From Anaerolinea thermophila UNI-1 (GTDB taxonomy: Bacteria; Chloroflexota; Anaerolineae; Anaerolineales; Anaerolineaceae), in the NCBI RefSeq assembly GCF_000199675.1, contig NC_014960.1:3340561-3372560 (forward strand): a stretch of 32,000 nucleotides of DNA, in the 5' to 3' direction. The translations under genes were made by a program, and so were the position numbers. The notes beneath the pieces were generated by a model. The model saw nothing but the letters and a program-made list of their open reading frames with translations. It had not been told where the DNA came from and searched no databases. Positions 1-7,659 of the stretch are shown one piece after another. Position 1 is the first letter of the stretch; each line of letters starts with the position of its first letter.

Positions 1-59
1 GGGCAATCCGCCGACTGCGCGCCCAACCTGCGGCGTATTCCCTTGCCATCCACCCCGGC

Positions 60-833
60 TTGACCCTGCCCGCCCTTGACCTGGAAGAAACCCGCCCCCT
101 GCCTGCCGCTCCCGCCCCGGCAACCGCCCCGCGCCCCTTCACCCTGCCGCAGAAGTGGATGCGTACCGTTCAGGGCATGGCGCTGGCTCTCTTTCTGGTA
201 ATGCTGACCGTGATTACTCTGGGATTTACCGGTGGATGGGCACCCTGGACGCGGGCTTACGCCGCCGAACGCCCCGCCATGGCACTGCTCAAGCCTACCC
301 TCACCCCCACCCACACCCCCACCGCCACCCCCACTGCCACGCCGACCGCCACCCCCACGCCAACTCCCACCGAGACGCCCACGCCCACCCCCACCCACAC
401 TCCCGACCCCACCGACACTCCCGAGCCGACCGATACCCCCGAACCTCAGCGGGACGCACCCGCCCCGCCCATTGAAGCCGATGGACGCTGGATTGACGTG
501 GATCTCTCCGAGCAGAAACTCTACGCCTACGAGGGCGATACGCTGGTCAATTCCTTTATTGTCTCCACCGGTACCTGGCTCCACCCCACCGTGCAGGGAC
601 AGTTCCGCATCTATGTCAAATACCGCTACGCCGATATGTCCGGTCCGGGCTACTACCTGCCCGACGTGCCTTATGTGATGTACTTCTACAAGGGCTACGG
701 CTTGCACGGCACCTACTGGCACAACAACTTCGGCACGCCGATGAGCCACGGATGTGTCAACCTGCGCACCGAGGATGCCGGCTGGCTTTACAACTGGGCA
801 TCGGTGGGAACGCTGGTCAACATCCACGATTGA
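60..833 (+). CDS. L,D-transpeptidase (YkuD fold), membrane-anchored, with Thr/Pro-rich linker
   Basis: 257-aa ORF. The C-terminal YkuD catalytic core is present ([21 protein letters not shown], i.e. His ... Ser-His-Gly-Cys-x-Asn). Hydrophobic anchor [17 protein letters not shown], followed by a TP-repeat linker. TTG at 60 is only the first start-type codon and the frame stays open back to nt 3. The true start may therefore lie upstream of the window or at ATG 159. Confidence 0.85.
   Translation: MTLPALDLEETRPLPAAPAPATAPRPFTLPQKWMRTVQGMALALFLVMLTVITLGFTGGWAPWTRAYAAERPAMALLKPTLTPTHTPTATPTATPTATPTPTPTETPTPTPTHTPDPTDTPEPTDTPEPQRDAPAPPIEADGRWIDVDLSEQKLYAYEGDTLVNSFIVSTGTWLHPTVQGQFRIYVKYRYADMSGPGYYLPDVPYVMYFYKGYGLHGTYWHNNFGTPMSHGCVNLRTEDAGWLYNWASVGTLVNIHD
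294..446 (+). repeat. Low-complexity Thr/Pro (ACN-CCN) microrepeat encoding the linker of the first L,D-transpeptidase
   Basis: Encodes [50 protein letters not shown]. The coding strand is strongly C-rich and the complementary strand carries many G3-G5 runs. Confidence 0.9.
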
Positions 834-836
834 GGC

Positions 837-1913
837 ATGACCGATACGCTCTTCGCTTCCGACCTGGCTCACCTTTCGCGGCGCGAGTTCCTGCGCTGGC
901 TGGGCAGAGGCGCGTTGGGATTGTTCGCCCTGCCCTTCCTCGACCCCTACACCCGCCGGGAGCGCCTCAACCATCCCCCCGACGGTCCAGCCGTGAGCCG
1001 TGTGCGCTGTGTGGACGACCACGTGGCGGTGTACGACCGTCCCTCGTTCTCTGCCGCCCTGCGTCAGGTGTACTGGCGCGACCTGGTCTTTGAGGTGGAC
1101 GAGGTGGTCATCGGCGATGAACAGCCCGCCCACAACCGCGTGTGGTATCACCTCAAGGGCAAGGGCTTTGCCCACTCGGGCAAACTCCAGCCCGTAGAGG
1201 TGCGCCTCAACCCGCCTGCGGCATCCGTGCCGCCCACCGGCTGGCTGGCGGAAGTCACCGTCCCCTACACCGACACTCTGCGCGACCTCAACCGTCCTGA
1301 CCGCCCGGGCTACCGCCTGTACTACAGCACCGTCCACTGGGTGCAGAAAGTGCTGAAGGACGGCGAAGGCGCGGTGTGGTATCAACTCTGGGATGACAAG
1401 TTCAAGCGGGTGTATTACGCCCGCGCCGAGCATCTGCACCTGCTGAAGCCGGAAGAGATTGCCCCCCTTGCCGAAACCGTGCCCCCCGAAGCCAAACGCA
1501 TCGAGGTCTGGCTGAAGGATCAACTGGTGATTGCCTACGAAAACGACGAACCGGTGCTGATCACCCGCGCGGCAACCGGCGGCAAGTTCATTGACGGCGA
1601 CTACTCCACCCCGCAGGGACGCTACCTCACCAACCGCAAGCGCCCCTCGCGCCACATGGCATCCGGCGATTTAGCCGCCCCCAACAGTTACGACCTGCCC
1701 GGCGTGCCCTGGGTGTGCTACCTGACCGAAAGCGGCATCTCGTTTCACGGCACGTACTGGCACAACGACTTCGGCAAGCCGCGCAGTCACGGGTGCATCA
1801 ACCTCTCCCCCGCCGCCGCCCGCTGGATTTACCGCTGGACGCACCCCGCCGTGCCTTTCGACCAGGTCACCTGGTGGGAAGATACCGGGACAAGTGTGGT
1901 GGTGAGAGGATAA
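837..1913 (+). CDS. L,D-transpeptidase (YkuD fold) with Tat-type signal peptide
   Basis: 358-aa ORF starting 3 nt after the previous stop. The N-terminus SRREFLRWLGRGALGLFALPF looks like a twin-arginine signal. The C-terminal catalytic core is FHGTYWHNDFGKPRSHGCINL. Confidence 0.85.
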   Translation: MTDTLFASDLAHLSRREFLRWLGRGALGLFALPFLDPYTRRERLNHPPDGPAVSRVRCVDDHVAVYDRPSFSAALRQVYWRDLVFEVDEVVIGDEQPAHNRVWYHLKGKGFAHSGKLQPVEVRLNPPAASVPPTGWLAEVTVPYTDTLRDLNRPDRPGYRLYYSTVHWVQKVLKDGEGAVWYQLWDDKFKRVYYARAEHLHLLKPEEIAPLAETVPPEAKRIEVWLKDQLVIAYENDEPVLITRAATGGKFIDGDYSTPQGRYLTNRKRPSRHMASGDLAAPNSYDLPGVPWVCYLTESGISFHGTYWHNDFGKPRSHGCINLSPAAARWIYRWTHPAVPFDQVTWWEDTGTSVVVRG

Positions 1914-1948
1914 AAAAAACATCCCCCCGAACATGGTTCGGGGGGATG
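1912..1948 (-). terminator. Rho-independent terminator of the GH4 gene; the hairpin is shared with the convergent ldt gene
   Basis: Perfect 13-bp stem CATCCCCCCGAAC (1920-1932) / GTTCGGGGGGATG (1936-1948) with a 3-nt loop. The A8 run at 1912-1919 gives a U8 tail on the minus-strand transcript. It lies between convergent stops at 1913 and 1970. Confidence 0.8.
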
Positions 1949-1969
1949 CCTGAGGCAACCTTCAGTGGC

Positions 1970-3316
1970 TTATTTCAGGTAGCCCAGCCACTTTTCCTGA
2001 TACTCAATCATCGTGTCGAGCAGTTCTTCCAAGCCCTGGTAGATATCCACCACCGGATCTACCATCAGCGCCTGCAGAGCCAGGGCTTTGGACTTGTGAA
2101 TCACGGCTTCGGCGGTCAGGTCGTGGACAGCCACCTGATTCATCAGCAAGCCCTTGAAACCGGCGGGCAGTTTGCCCAGCGGGATGCCATGCACGCCGTT
2201 CTTGTCCACGATAGCGGGCACTTCCACGGCAATCCACTCGGGCAGGTCGTCAATCAAGCCCTTGTTGGGGATGTTGACGGCTTCTTCCACGTAGCCCGCA
2301 TCGGTGAGGATGCCTTCAATAATTGGCACCACGCGCTCTTTGAGGGTCAGTTCAATCTTGGGCTGGACGGTGGACAGGTACTGCTTGTAGAAGCGGTAGA
2401 AGTCCAGAATCCCGCGGTGATCGGTGACATCGTACGCCCACTGGATGTACTCGCCAAAGTGGCTGTCGGAGGTGATGGGCATCAGCCCGAATTTTTCCAG
2501 AATGACCTGGAAGACGCGCCGCTCGGGCCAGGCTTCGGTCTCCACGTGGGCAAAGTCCTCTTTGGTCTCGGGCCATTTGCCGGTTTCCTTGAAGTACTTG
2601 TGCTCGGCGCTGAGCGACGGCATGTTGGCAAAGAACGCCGGGGCTTTGGCGCGGATATCGGGGTAGGCATCCTTGCCGGTATCCTTGTACTTTGCCGAAA
2701 GCACCACGCTGAAGTGGTTCAAGCCGCCCGCGCGCACTTCCAGCGCCTCGTACGGCACGCCCAGAATTTCGGGCAGGAAGCGGCGCAGAGAGCCAATCTC
2801 ATGGCACAGGCCGATGAATTTGGCATCGGGGAAGGCACGGTGCACGGTGGTGCAGATGCGGCTCATCGGGTTGGAGAAGTTGAACACGTAGGCATCCGGG
2901 CAGATGCGCATCACATCGGCAACGATGTCCAGAATCGGGGGGATGATGCGCAGGGAGTGGAACAAGCCGCCCGGACCGCCGTTTTCGCCATACACCTGGC
3001 GGATGCCGTACTGCTGAGGGATGCGCCAGTCCTGCTCCCACAATTCGAAGCGGTCGCCCACTTCGATGGAACTGATGACGAAATCGGCGCCCTGCAGGGC
3101 TTCGGCGCGGTTGGTGGTGGCAGAAATGGTAAACGGCAAACCGTGCTCTTCGATAAACTGGCGGGCAGTGCGCTCCACCACGCCCATGGTGGTAGGGTTA
3201 ATATCGTGCAGAACGATGTGACTGCCTTCCAGGACCTTGCTCTGCAGAATATCGCCAATGGTGCCATAACCGAACTGAGCGCTTCCGGCTCCAATGAGAA
3301 CAATCGTTTTCTTCAT
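1970..3316 (-). CDS. Glycoside hydrolase family 4 (NAD/Mn-dependent alpha-glucosidase/alpha-galactosidase type)
   Basis: 448 aa. N-terminal Rossmann motif MKKTIVLIGAGSAQFG. GH4 signature region PDAYVFNFSNPMSRICTTVHRAFPDAKFIGLCHE. GC3-rich codon usage. Confidence 0.9.
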   Translation of the reverse strand: MKKTIVLIGAGSAQFGYGTIGDILQSKVLEGSHIVLHDINPTTMGVVERTARQFIEEHGLPFTISATTNRAEALQGADFVISSIEVGDRFELWEQDWRIPQQYGIRQVYGENGGPGGLFHSLRIIPPILDIVADVMRICPDAYVFNFSNPMSRICTTVHRAFPDAKFIGLCHEIGSLRRFLPEILGVPYEALEVRAGGLNHFSVVLSAKYKDTGKDAYPDIRAKAPAFFANMPSLSAEHKYFKETGKWPETKEDFAHVETEAWPERRVFQVILEKFGLMPITSDSHFGEYIQWAYDVTDHRGILDFYRFYKQYLSTVQPKIELTLKERVVPIIEGILTDAGYVEEAVNIPNKGLIDDLPEWIAVEVPAIVDKNGVHGIPLGKLPAGFKGLLMNQVAVHDLTAEAVIHKSKALALQALMVDPVVDIYQGLEELLDTMIEYQEKWLGYLK

Positions 3317-3517
3317 GTGCGCTTCACTCCATTTTTAAAAAGTTCAAAAGTGGGGATGGATATATTGTACCCGCTTTTTTGGTAAAAAAGTTAACAAATT
3401 CTTTACATCCGTCAAAGGAATGTTATTTTCTCTTTCGCCCATGACTTGCGATACAATAGGGGACGCAAACTGACGGCGGGGGGCACGTCAGGAAATTCTT
3501 TTCTCTGGAGGTTGTCT
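3317..3517. promoter_or_regulatory. AT-rich divergent promoter/leader region between the GH4 gene and the membrane-protein gene
   Basis: This is the most AT-rich stretch in the first 7 kb. Candidate -10 TACAAT at 3452-3457 (+). Leader hairpin CTGACG (3470-3475) / CGTCAG (3486-3491). GGAGG at 3507-3511 lies 6 nt before ATG 3518. No convincing -35 element. Confidence 0.4.
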
Positions 3518-4300
3518 ATGACTCTTTCTCAACCTTCCGGTGAGGAACGCCGGGTGCAGTTCCTGGGGGGCGCCAGCATTGATGGCGCGCCGGTGGCTTA
3601 TCTCATCGTGCTGGCGGCGGTGGTGACCGTGCTGGCGTTCATCCCCTTCTCTGCCGTGCTGGGCATGGGCGGCTCTTTCCCCATGAGCCAGGGAGTGTAC
3701 AGCCTGGTGGGCTGGCTGTTGGGTCCGCTTGCCGGGGCGGTGTCTTCGGGCATCGGCACGCTGATTGGCGTTTTCGTTGCCCCGCACACCACGCGGGTGT
3801 GGTACGTCTCGGTGATGAGCGCACTCATCACCAGTTTTGCCGCCGGCGCCATGGCGGCAGGCGGTAAACGCCGCTTGTGGTGGATTTTGCCTTTCGTCCT
3901 GGGCGTGCTGGGCTTCGCGGTGTATGTCGGGCGCGGCTTGCAGAACGGCGTTGCCCTCTCTACCGCGCTGATGACCACCTTCGTCAACTGGAGCGCGTTG
4001 ATTCTCTACCTGTTGCCCACCCGTTCCCTCTTCTCCCGCTGGATTGCCTCGACCCATGTGGCGAAGATGGCGGCCGGGCTGTTCCTCGGCACCTGGATGA
4101 CCTACGGGCTGGCGCACGTCTGCGCGGGCGCCATCACCTACCTGATGTTCAACTGGCCCGCCGAGGTGTGGATGACCCTCATTCCCATCATCCCGGTGGA
4201 GTTCGCCACCCGCGGTGCTATTGGCGCAGTCATCGGCACAGGGGTGATTGCCGGTCTGCGTGCCATCGGGCTGGTCAAGCCCACCCACGCCGCGTATTAA
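3518..4300 (+). CDS. Multi-pass (about 7 TM) membrane protein, possibly an ECF-type S-component-like substrate binder
   Basis: The track ORF runs 3446-4300. I prefer ATG 3518 because it is preceded by GGAGG. About seven hydrophobic segments with Gly-rich helices (LLGPLAGAVSSGIGTLIG). The family assignment is only an impression. Confidence 0.75.
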   Translation: MTLSQPSGEERRVQFLGGASIDGAPVAYLIVLAAVVTVLAFIPFSAVLGMGGSFPMSQGVYSLVGWLLGPLAGAVSSGIGTLIGVFVAPHTTRVWYVSVMSALITSFAAGAMAAGGKRRLWWILPFVLGVLGFAVYVGRGLQNGVALSTALMTTFVNWSALILYLLPTRSLFSRWIASTHVAKMAAGLFLGTWMTYGLAHVCAGAITYLMFNWPAEVWMTLIPIIPVEFATRGAIGAVIGTGVIAGLRAIGLVKPTHAAY

Positions 4301-4320
4301 GCGAACGCCAAGCCGCCGTC

Positions 4321-4335
4321 TGAGCCTGTTGAAGG
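4321..4335. repeat. Degenerate inverted copy of the REP-like core (TGAGCCTGTTGAAGG)
   Basis: Compare TGAGCCTGTCGAAGG at 12123-12137. Lies in the convergent intergenic spacer. Confidence 0.35.
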
Positions 4336-4351
4336 CATCGAGGGGTACACG

Positions 4352-4389
4352 AACCCCGCGCACCTTGAATACACCCGGTGCGCGGGGTT
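4352..4389 (+). terminator. Stem-loop terminator after the membrane-protein gene
   Basis: Perfect 13-bp stem AACCCCGCGCACC (4352-4364) / GGTGCGCGGGGTT (4377-4389) with a 12-nt loop, followed by GTTCTTCC. Confidence 0.6.
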
Positions 4390-4409
4390 GTTCTTCCGCA
4401 AAGATTCTC

Positions 4410-4454
4410 ACCCTGCCCTCTCCCCAAGGGAAAGGACATCATTCCAGGCAGGGT
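4410..4454 (-). terminator. Possible stem-loop terminator directly after the kbl stop
   Basis: 8-bp stem ACCCTGCC (4410-4417) / GGCAGGGT (4447-4454). On the minus strand it is followed by GAGAATCTTTG. The loop is long and the U-tract is weak. Confidence 0.35.
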
Positions 4455-4457
4455 TTC

Positions 4458-5642
4458 TCAGCCAATCACGCCCAAACGCTTGCCCACCCGGGCAAAGGCT
4501 TCCAGCCCTTTGTCGAGGTCGTCCTTGCTGTGCGCCGCCGAAATCATCACGCGGATGCGGGCTTTGCCGTGCGGCACGGTGGGATAGCCAATTGCCATGG
4601 CAAAGACGCCTTCCTCGAATAACTCGCGGCTGAACTGCTGAGCCAGCGGGGCTTCGCCCAGCATGATGGGGGTGATGGGGGTGACGCTCACGCCGGTATC
4701 GAAGCCCAGTTTTTTCATCTCCGCCTTGAAGTAGCGGGCGTTTTCCCAGAGGCGGTCCACCAGTTCGGTGGATTCTTCCAGCACGTCAATGGCGGCAATG
4801 CAGGCGGCGACATCGGCGGCGGGGGTTGCCGATGAAAACAGGAAGGGGCGTCCGCGCTGTCTCAGCCACTCCACCACCAGCGGCGAACCGGCGGAGACGC
4901 CGCCCACCACGCCAAAGGCTTTGGAGAAAGTGCCAATTTCAATATCCACCTTGCCGTGCAGGTTGAAATGATCCACAATGCCGCGACCGCCCTTGCCCAG
5001 CACACCTTCGCCATGGGCATCGTCCACCATCAGCATGACGTTGTAGGCACTGGTAACCTCGTAAATTTTATCCAGCGGGGCAATGTCGCCGTCCATGCTG
5101 AAGACGCCGTCGGTGATGGCGATGGCGCGCCGGTAGGTGCCTTCGTTCTCGCGGATGCGCGCTTCCAGGTCCACCGGGTCGGCGTGGGCATAGCGCACAA
5201 TGCGCGCGCCCGAAAGACGGCATCCGTCAATGATGCTGGCGTGGTTGAGTTCGTCGGAGAAGACCACGTCCTCTTTGCCCACCAGCGCGGCGATGGTCGC
5301 CAGGTTGGCGGTGAAGCCGGACTGGAAGGTAATGGCGGCATCTACACCCTTGAAGGCGGCGATGCGCCGTTCCAGTTCGGTGTGCAGGTCCAGCGTCCCG
5401 GCAATGGTACGCACCGCACCCGGACCCACCCCGTACTTTTCCAGCGCCTGGCGGGCTTTTTCCACCAGCCGCGGATGATTGGCAAAGCCCAGGTAGTTGT
5501 TGGAACAGAAGTTGAGCACACGCTTGCCGTCCACCACCAGCCATGCCCCCTGCGGGGTGGAGATGGTGCGGATGCGGTTGTACAGCCCGGATTCTTTCAG
5601 ACGGTCGAGTTCATCCTGAATCCACTGCAGACGTTCGCTCAT
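4458..5642 (-). CDS. kbl: Glycine C-acetyltransferase (2-amino-3-ketobutyrate CoA ligase), PLP-dependent
   Basis: 394 aa, colinear end to end with E. coli Kbl as I remember it (NFCSNNYLG..., [22 protein letters not shown]-Lys in [34 protein letters not shown], ...GKRLGVIG). Confidence 0.9.
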   Translation of the reverse strand: MSERLQWIQDELDRLKESGLYNRIRTISTPQGAWLVVDGKRVLNFCSNNYLGFANHPRLVEKARQALEKYGVGPGAVRTIAGTLDLHTELERRIAAFKGVDAAITFQSGFTANLATIAALVGKEDVVFSDELNHASIIDGCRLSGARIVRYAHADPVDLEARIRENEGTYRRAIAITDGVFSMDGDIAPLDKIYEVTSAYNVMLMVDDAHGEGVLGKGGRGIVDHFNLHGKVDIEIGTFSKAFGVVGGVSAGSPLVVEWLRQRGRPFLFSSATPAADVAACIAAIDVLEESTELVDRLWENARYFKAEMKKLGFDTGVSVTPITPIMLGEAPLAQQFSRELFEEGVFAMAIGYPTVPHGKARIRVMISAAHSKDDLDKGLEAFARVGKRLGVIG

Positions 5643-5663
5643 GGTATGTTACTCCTCATGGGT

Positions 5664-6446
5664 TTAGAAAAAAGTCATCAACACCAGAAACAGAAGCACA
5701 CCGGCTTCTGCCACTGCCACCACGAACGCGCGGTTTAAACTGCGCGTATCTTCCAGCGAGAGGTTCGGATATTCGCCGCGCAGTGCCAGCAAAGGACCTG
5801 CCAGCGCGGCAAATACGCCCCCGGCAATCAGCCCGCCAAGATGCCCCCAGTTGTCAATACCCGGCGATAAGCCCAGCACCAGGTTAATGCCAATGATGAA
5901 CACGGTGTTCCACAAGGCCGAGACAGCTTCTTTACCAAACCATCTGCGGTTATAGTAAAGGAAAACCGCTTCTGCCGCCACCACGCCAAAGAGCGCGGTG
6001 GATGCCCCGGCAGAGTTCTCCGGCGAGAGCAGGTAAGAAAGCACCACCCCGCCCAGTCCGCCGATAAAGTAGAGCAGAAGGAAACGTCGCCGTCCATAAT
6101 GCCGTTCCAGCGAAACGCCAAAGGCATACAGCGCGTACATGTTGAAGGCAATGTGCGGGAGCGAGACGTGCAGGAACATCGGCGTAATCAGACGCCAGAA
6201 CTCCCCCTGCTGGATGAGCGTATTGCTCTTGGCGCCCATTGCCAGCAAAAGGTCGTATCCAAAGAGGGGGCGCGAGAGCATCTGCAGAAGATACACGCCA
6301 ACGGTCACTCCCAGGAGAATGTACGTCACCAGCGGCTTGGTGAGCGGGACGCGCACCTGCGCCGGCTCAACCCTGCCCAGTTCGGCGGGCGGTTGGGTTT
6401 CCGAAGGCTGAGATGCGGGCGATCCGGAAGGCAAACTCACAGGCAC
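5664..6446 (-). CDS. Rhomboid-family intramembrane serine protease
   Basis: 260 aa, multi-TM. Motifs seen: HIAFNMYALY (HxxxN), catalytic-Ser motif GASTALFG, and catalytic His in HLGGLIAG. The start is GTG at 6446, overlapping the gmk stop by 10 nt; the exact start is uncertain. Confidence 0.85.
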   Translation of the reverse strand: MPVSLPSGSPASQPSETQPPAELGRVEPAQVRVPLTKPLVTYILLGVTVGVYLLQMLSRPLFGYDLLLAMGAKSNTLIQQGEFWRLITPMFLHVSLPHIAFNMYALYAFGVSLERHYGRRRFLLLYFIGGLGGVVLSYLLSPENSAGASTALFGVVAAEAVFLYYNRRWFGKEAVSALWNTVFIIGINLVLGLSPGIDNWGHLGGLIAGGVFAALAGPLLALRGEYPNLSLEDTRSLNRAFVVAVAEAGVLLFLVLMTFF

Positions 6447-7072
6447 ACCTCGCGGTGATCAATGCGGTGATGCTCCGCCTCAATGATGGCGGCGATGATG
6501 CGCACGGCTTCATCCAGGCGGTCATGGGCGTTCACCACCACGTAATCGAATTTGGAAAACTCGCGCAGTTCCTGACGGGCAGTTTCCACGCGCAGTTTAA
6601 GGGCTTCTTCGGTCTCGGTTTTGCGGTTTTTCAGCCGCCACAGCCACTCATCCTTGTTGGCAGGGATGAGGAAAATCAGCACGGCTTCGGGGCACAAACG
6701 GCGCACCGTCTCGGCGCCCTGCACATCCACCCGCAGGATGACGTCCTTGCCGCTCGCCATGGCTTCGCGGATTTGTGAACGCGGGATGCCCTTGTAATCG
6801 CCATACACGTTGGCGTACTCGATGAACTCATCGGCGGAAATCAGTTCCTCAAAGCGTTCGCGGCTGACGAAGAAGTAATCCACGCCGTCCACTTCGCCGG
6901 GGCGGATGGGACGGCTGGTCATGGTCACCACAAAATGAAAGGGGTAGCCTTTGTCCTTCATGGCTTTAATGACGGCATCTTTGCCCACGCCGGAAGGACC
7001 GGAAATGACAATCAACAGGGGTTTGGGGTGGTGCAGGTCAAAATCGAGCGGTGACTGATCCATGGTCTCCAT
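6437..7072 (-). CDS. gmk: Guanylate kinase
   Basis: P-loop ISGPSGVGKD and TSRPIRPGEVDGVDYFFVSRERFEELI. The track ORF extends to 7258, but that extension crosses the divergent fmdB-like gene. ATG 7072 (METMDQ...) gives a 211-aa protein of normal length. Confidence 0.9.
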   Translation of the reverse strand: METMDQSPLDFDLHHPKPLLIVISGPSGVGKDAVIKAMKDKGYPFHFVVTMTSRPIRPGEVDGVDYFFVSRERFEELISADEFIEYANVYGDYKGIPRSQIREAMASGKDVILRVDVQGAETVRRLCPEAVLIFLIPANKDEWLWRLKNRKTETEEALKLRVETARQELREFSKFDYVVVNAHDRLDEAVRIIAAIIEAEHHRIDHREVCL

Positions 7073-7100
7073 CGGGTTAATAAAATTCCAAGATAAGATG

Positions 7101-7108
7101 ATTATAAT
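7101..7108. promoter_or_regulatory. Palindromic ATTATAAT: candidate shared -10 for divergent gmk (-) and the zinc-ribbon gene (+)
   Basis: TATAAT reads on + at 7103-7108 and on - at 7101-7106. It sits in the AT-rich 72-bp divergent spacer. GGAGG at 7129-7133 precedes ATG 7145. No good -35 on either strand. Confidence 0.35.
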
Positions 7109-7144
7109 TGAAAAGCCATGAACTGAGCCGGAGGAAAACGAGAG

Positions 7145-7564
7145 ATGCCGTACTACGATTACCGCTGTCTGGATTGTAACCGCCGTTTCAGTTTGTTTTT
7201 TACCTATGCCGAGTACGGGGTTAAGCCTGCAGTGTGTCCACACTGCGGGAGCGAGCACGTCCAGCGCAGAATCAACCGGGTGCGCATTGCCCGCTCAGAA
7301 GAAAGCCGTCTGGAAAGCCTTGCCGACCCGTCCAACCTGGAAGGGCTGGATGAAGATCCGCGCGCGCTGGGACGCATGATGCGCGAGATGAGCCGCGAGG
7401 TGGGCGAGGACATGGGTCCTGAATTTGATGAGGTCATTCACCGCCTGGAGTCGGGGCAAACGCCGGAGCAAATTGAGCAGGAAATGCCCGAACTGGCGGA
7501 GAGCCTGGGCGCAGGCGGGGAGGACGAAGGCGGTTTTGGCGCTGATTTTGGGGGCGAGGAATAA
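7145..7564 (+). CDS. FmdB-family zinc-ribbon protein with acidic C-terminal tail
   Basis: 139 aa. N-terminus MPYYDYRCLDCNRRF...CPHCGSEHVQRRI (CxxC ... CxxC). Glu/Asp/Gly-rich tail. An SD sequence lies upstream. Confidence 0.85.
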   Translation: MPYYDYRCLDCNRRFSLFFTYAEYGVKPAVCPHCGSEHVQRRINRVRIARSEESRLESLADPSNLEGLDEDPRALGRMMREMSREVGEDMGPEFDEVIHRLESGQTPEQIEQEMPELAESLGAGGEDEGGFGADFGGEE

Positions 7565-7617
7565 ACTCACCTGGCGAGACCCCGCCGGGGAGGCTCCGCG
7601 ATGACAACCAGCGGTTT

Positions 7618-7645
7618 ACCGCAAAGACGCGAAGCGCGCAAAGGC
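7618..7645 (-). repeat. Heptad repeat module (3 x CTTYGCG on the minus strand)
   Basis: The reverse complement reads CTTTGCG-CG-CTTCGCG-T-CTTTGCG-GT. The same architecture occurs at 14375-14399 (CTTCGCG-CG-CTTTGCG-C-CTTCGCG-GT) and at 14261-14278 (two heptads). Confidence 0.6.
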
Positions 7646-7659
7646 AGAACCTGCACGCT

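Noticed and set aside
155-678. His/Pro-rich (155-475) and Pro-rich (232-678) ORFs
   Set aside because: These are alternative frames of the Thr/Pro microrepeat inside the first L,D-transpeptidase gene. The YkuD motif identifies the true frame.
1715-3385. 556-aa plus-strand ORF opposite the GH4 gene. Similar long antisense ORFs occur at 8011-9147, 12399-13502, 22559-23857, 24059-25627, 25784-27451 and 27760-29685.
   Set aside because: All are mirror frames of genes with clear family motifs (GH4, Kelch regulator, MFS, TPR, polA, pseudo-receiver protein). They have Arg/Gly/His/Gln-rich low-information sequences and no recognisable domains. They are GC-rich antisense-frame artefacts.
4458-7072. 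gmk-rhomboid-kbl operon as an unusual functional unit
   Set aside because: The genes are tightly spaced (a 10-nt overlap and a 21-nt gap), but all three are common housekeeping families. I see no sequence feature suggesting a functional link beyond co-transcription.
7073-7258. N-terminal extensions offered by the ORF track (gmk to 7258, membrane protein from 3446, kinase from 9116, oxidoreductase to 16742, AKR to 17846, polA to 27541, GNAT to 30362)
   Set aside because: The extensions run into divergent genes, promoter-like AT-rich DNA or REP-like repeats, and several use TTG or GTG. Internal ATGs with SD-like sequences give proteins that begin at the expected family N-termini.
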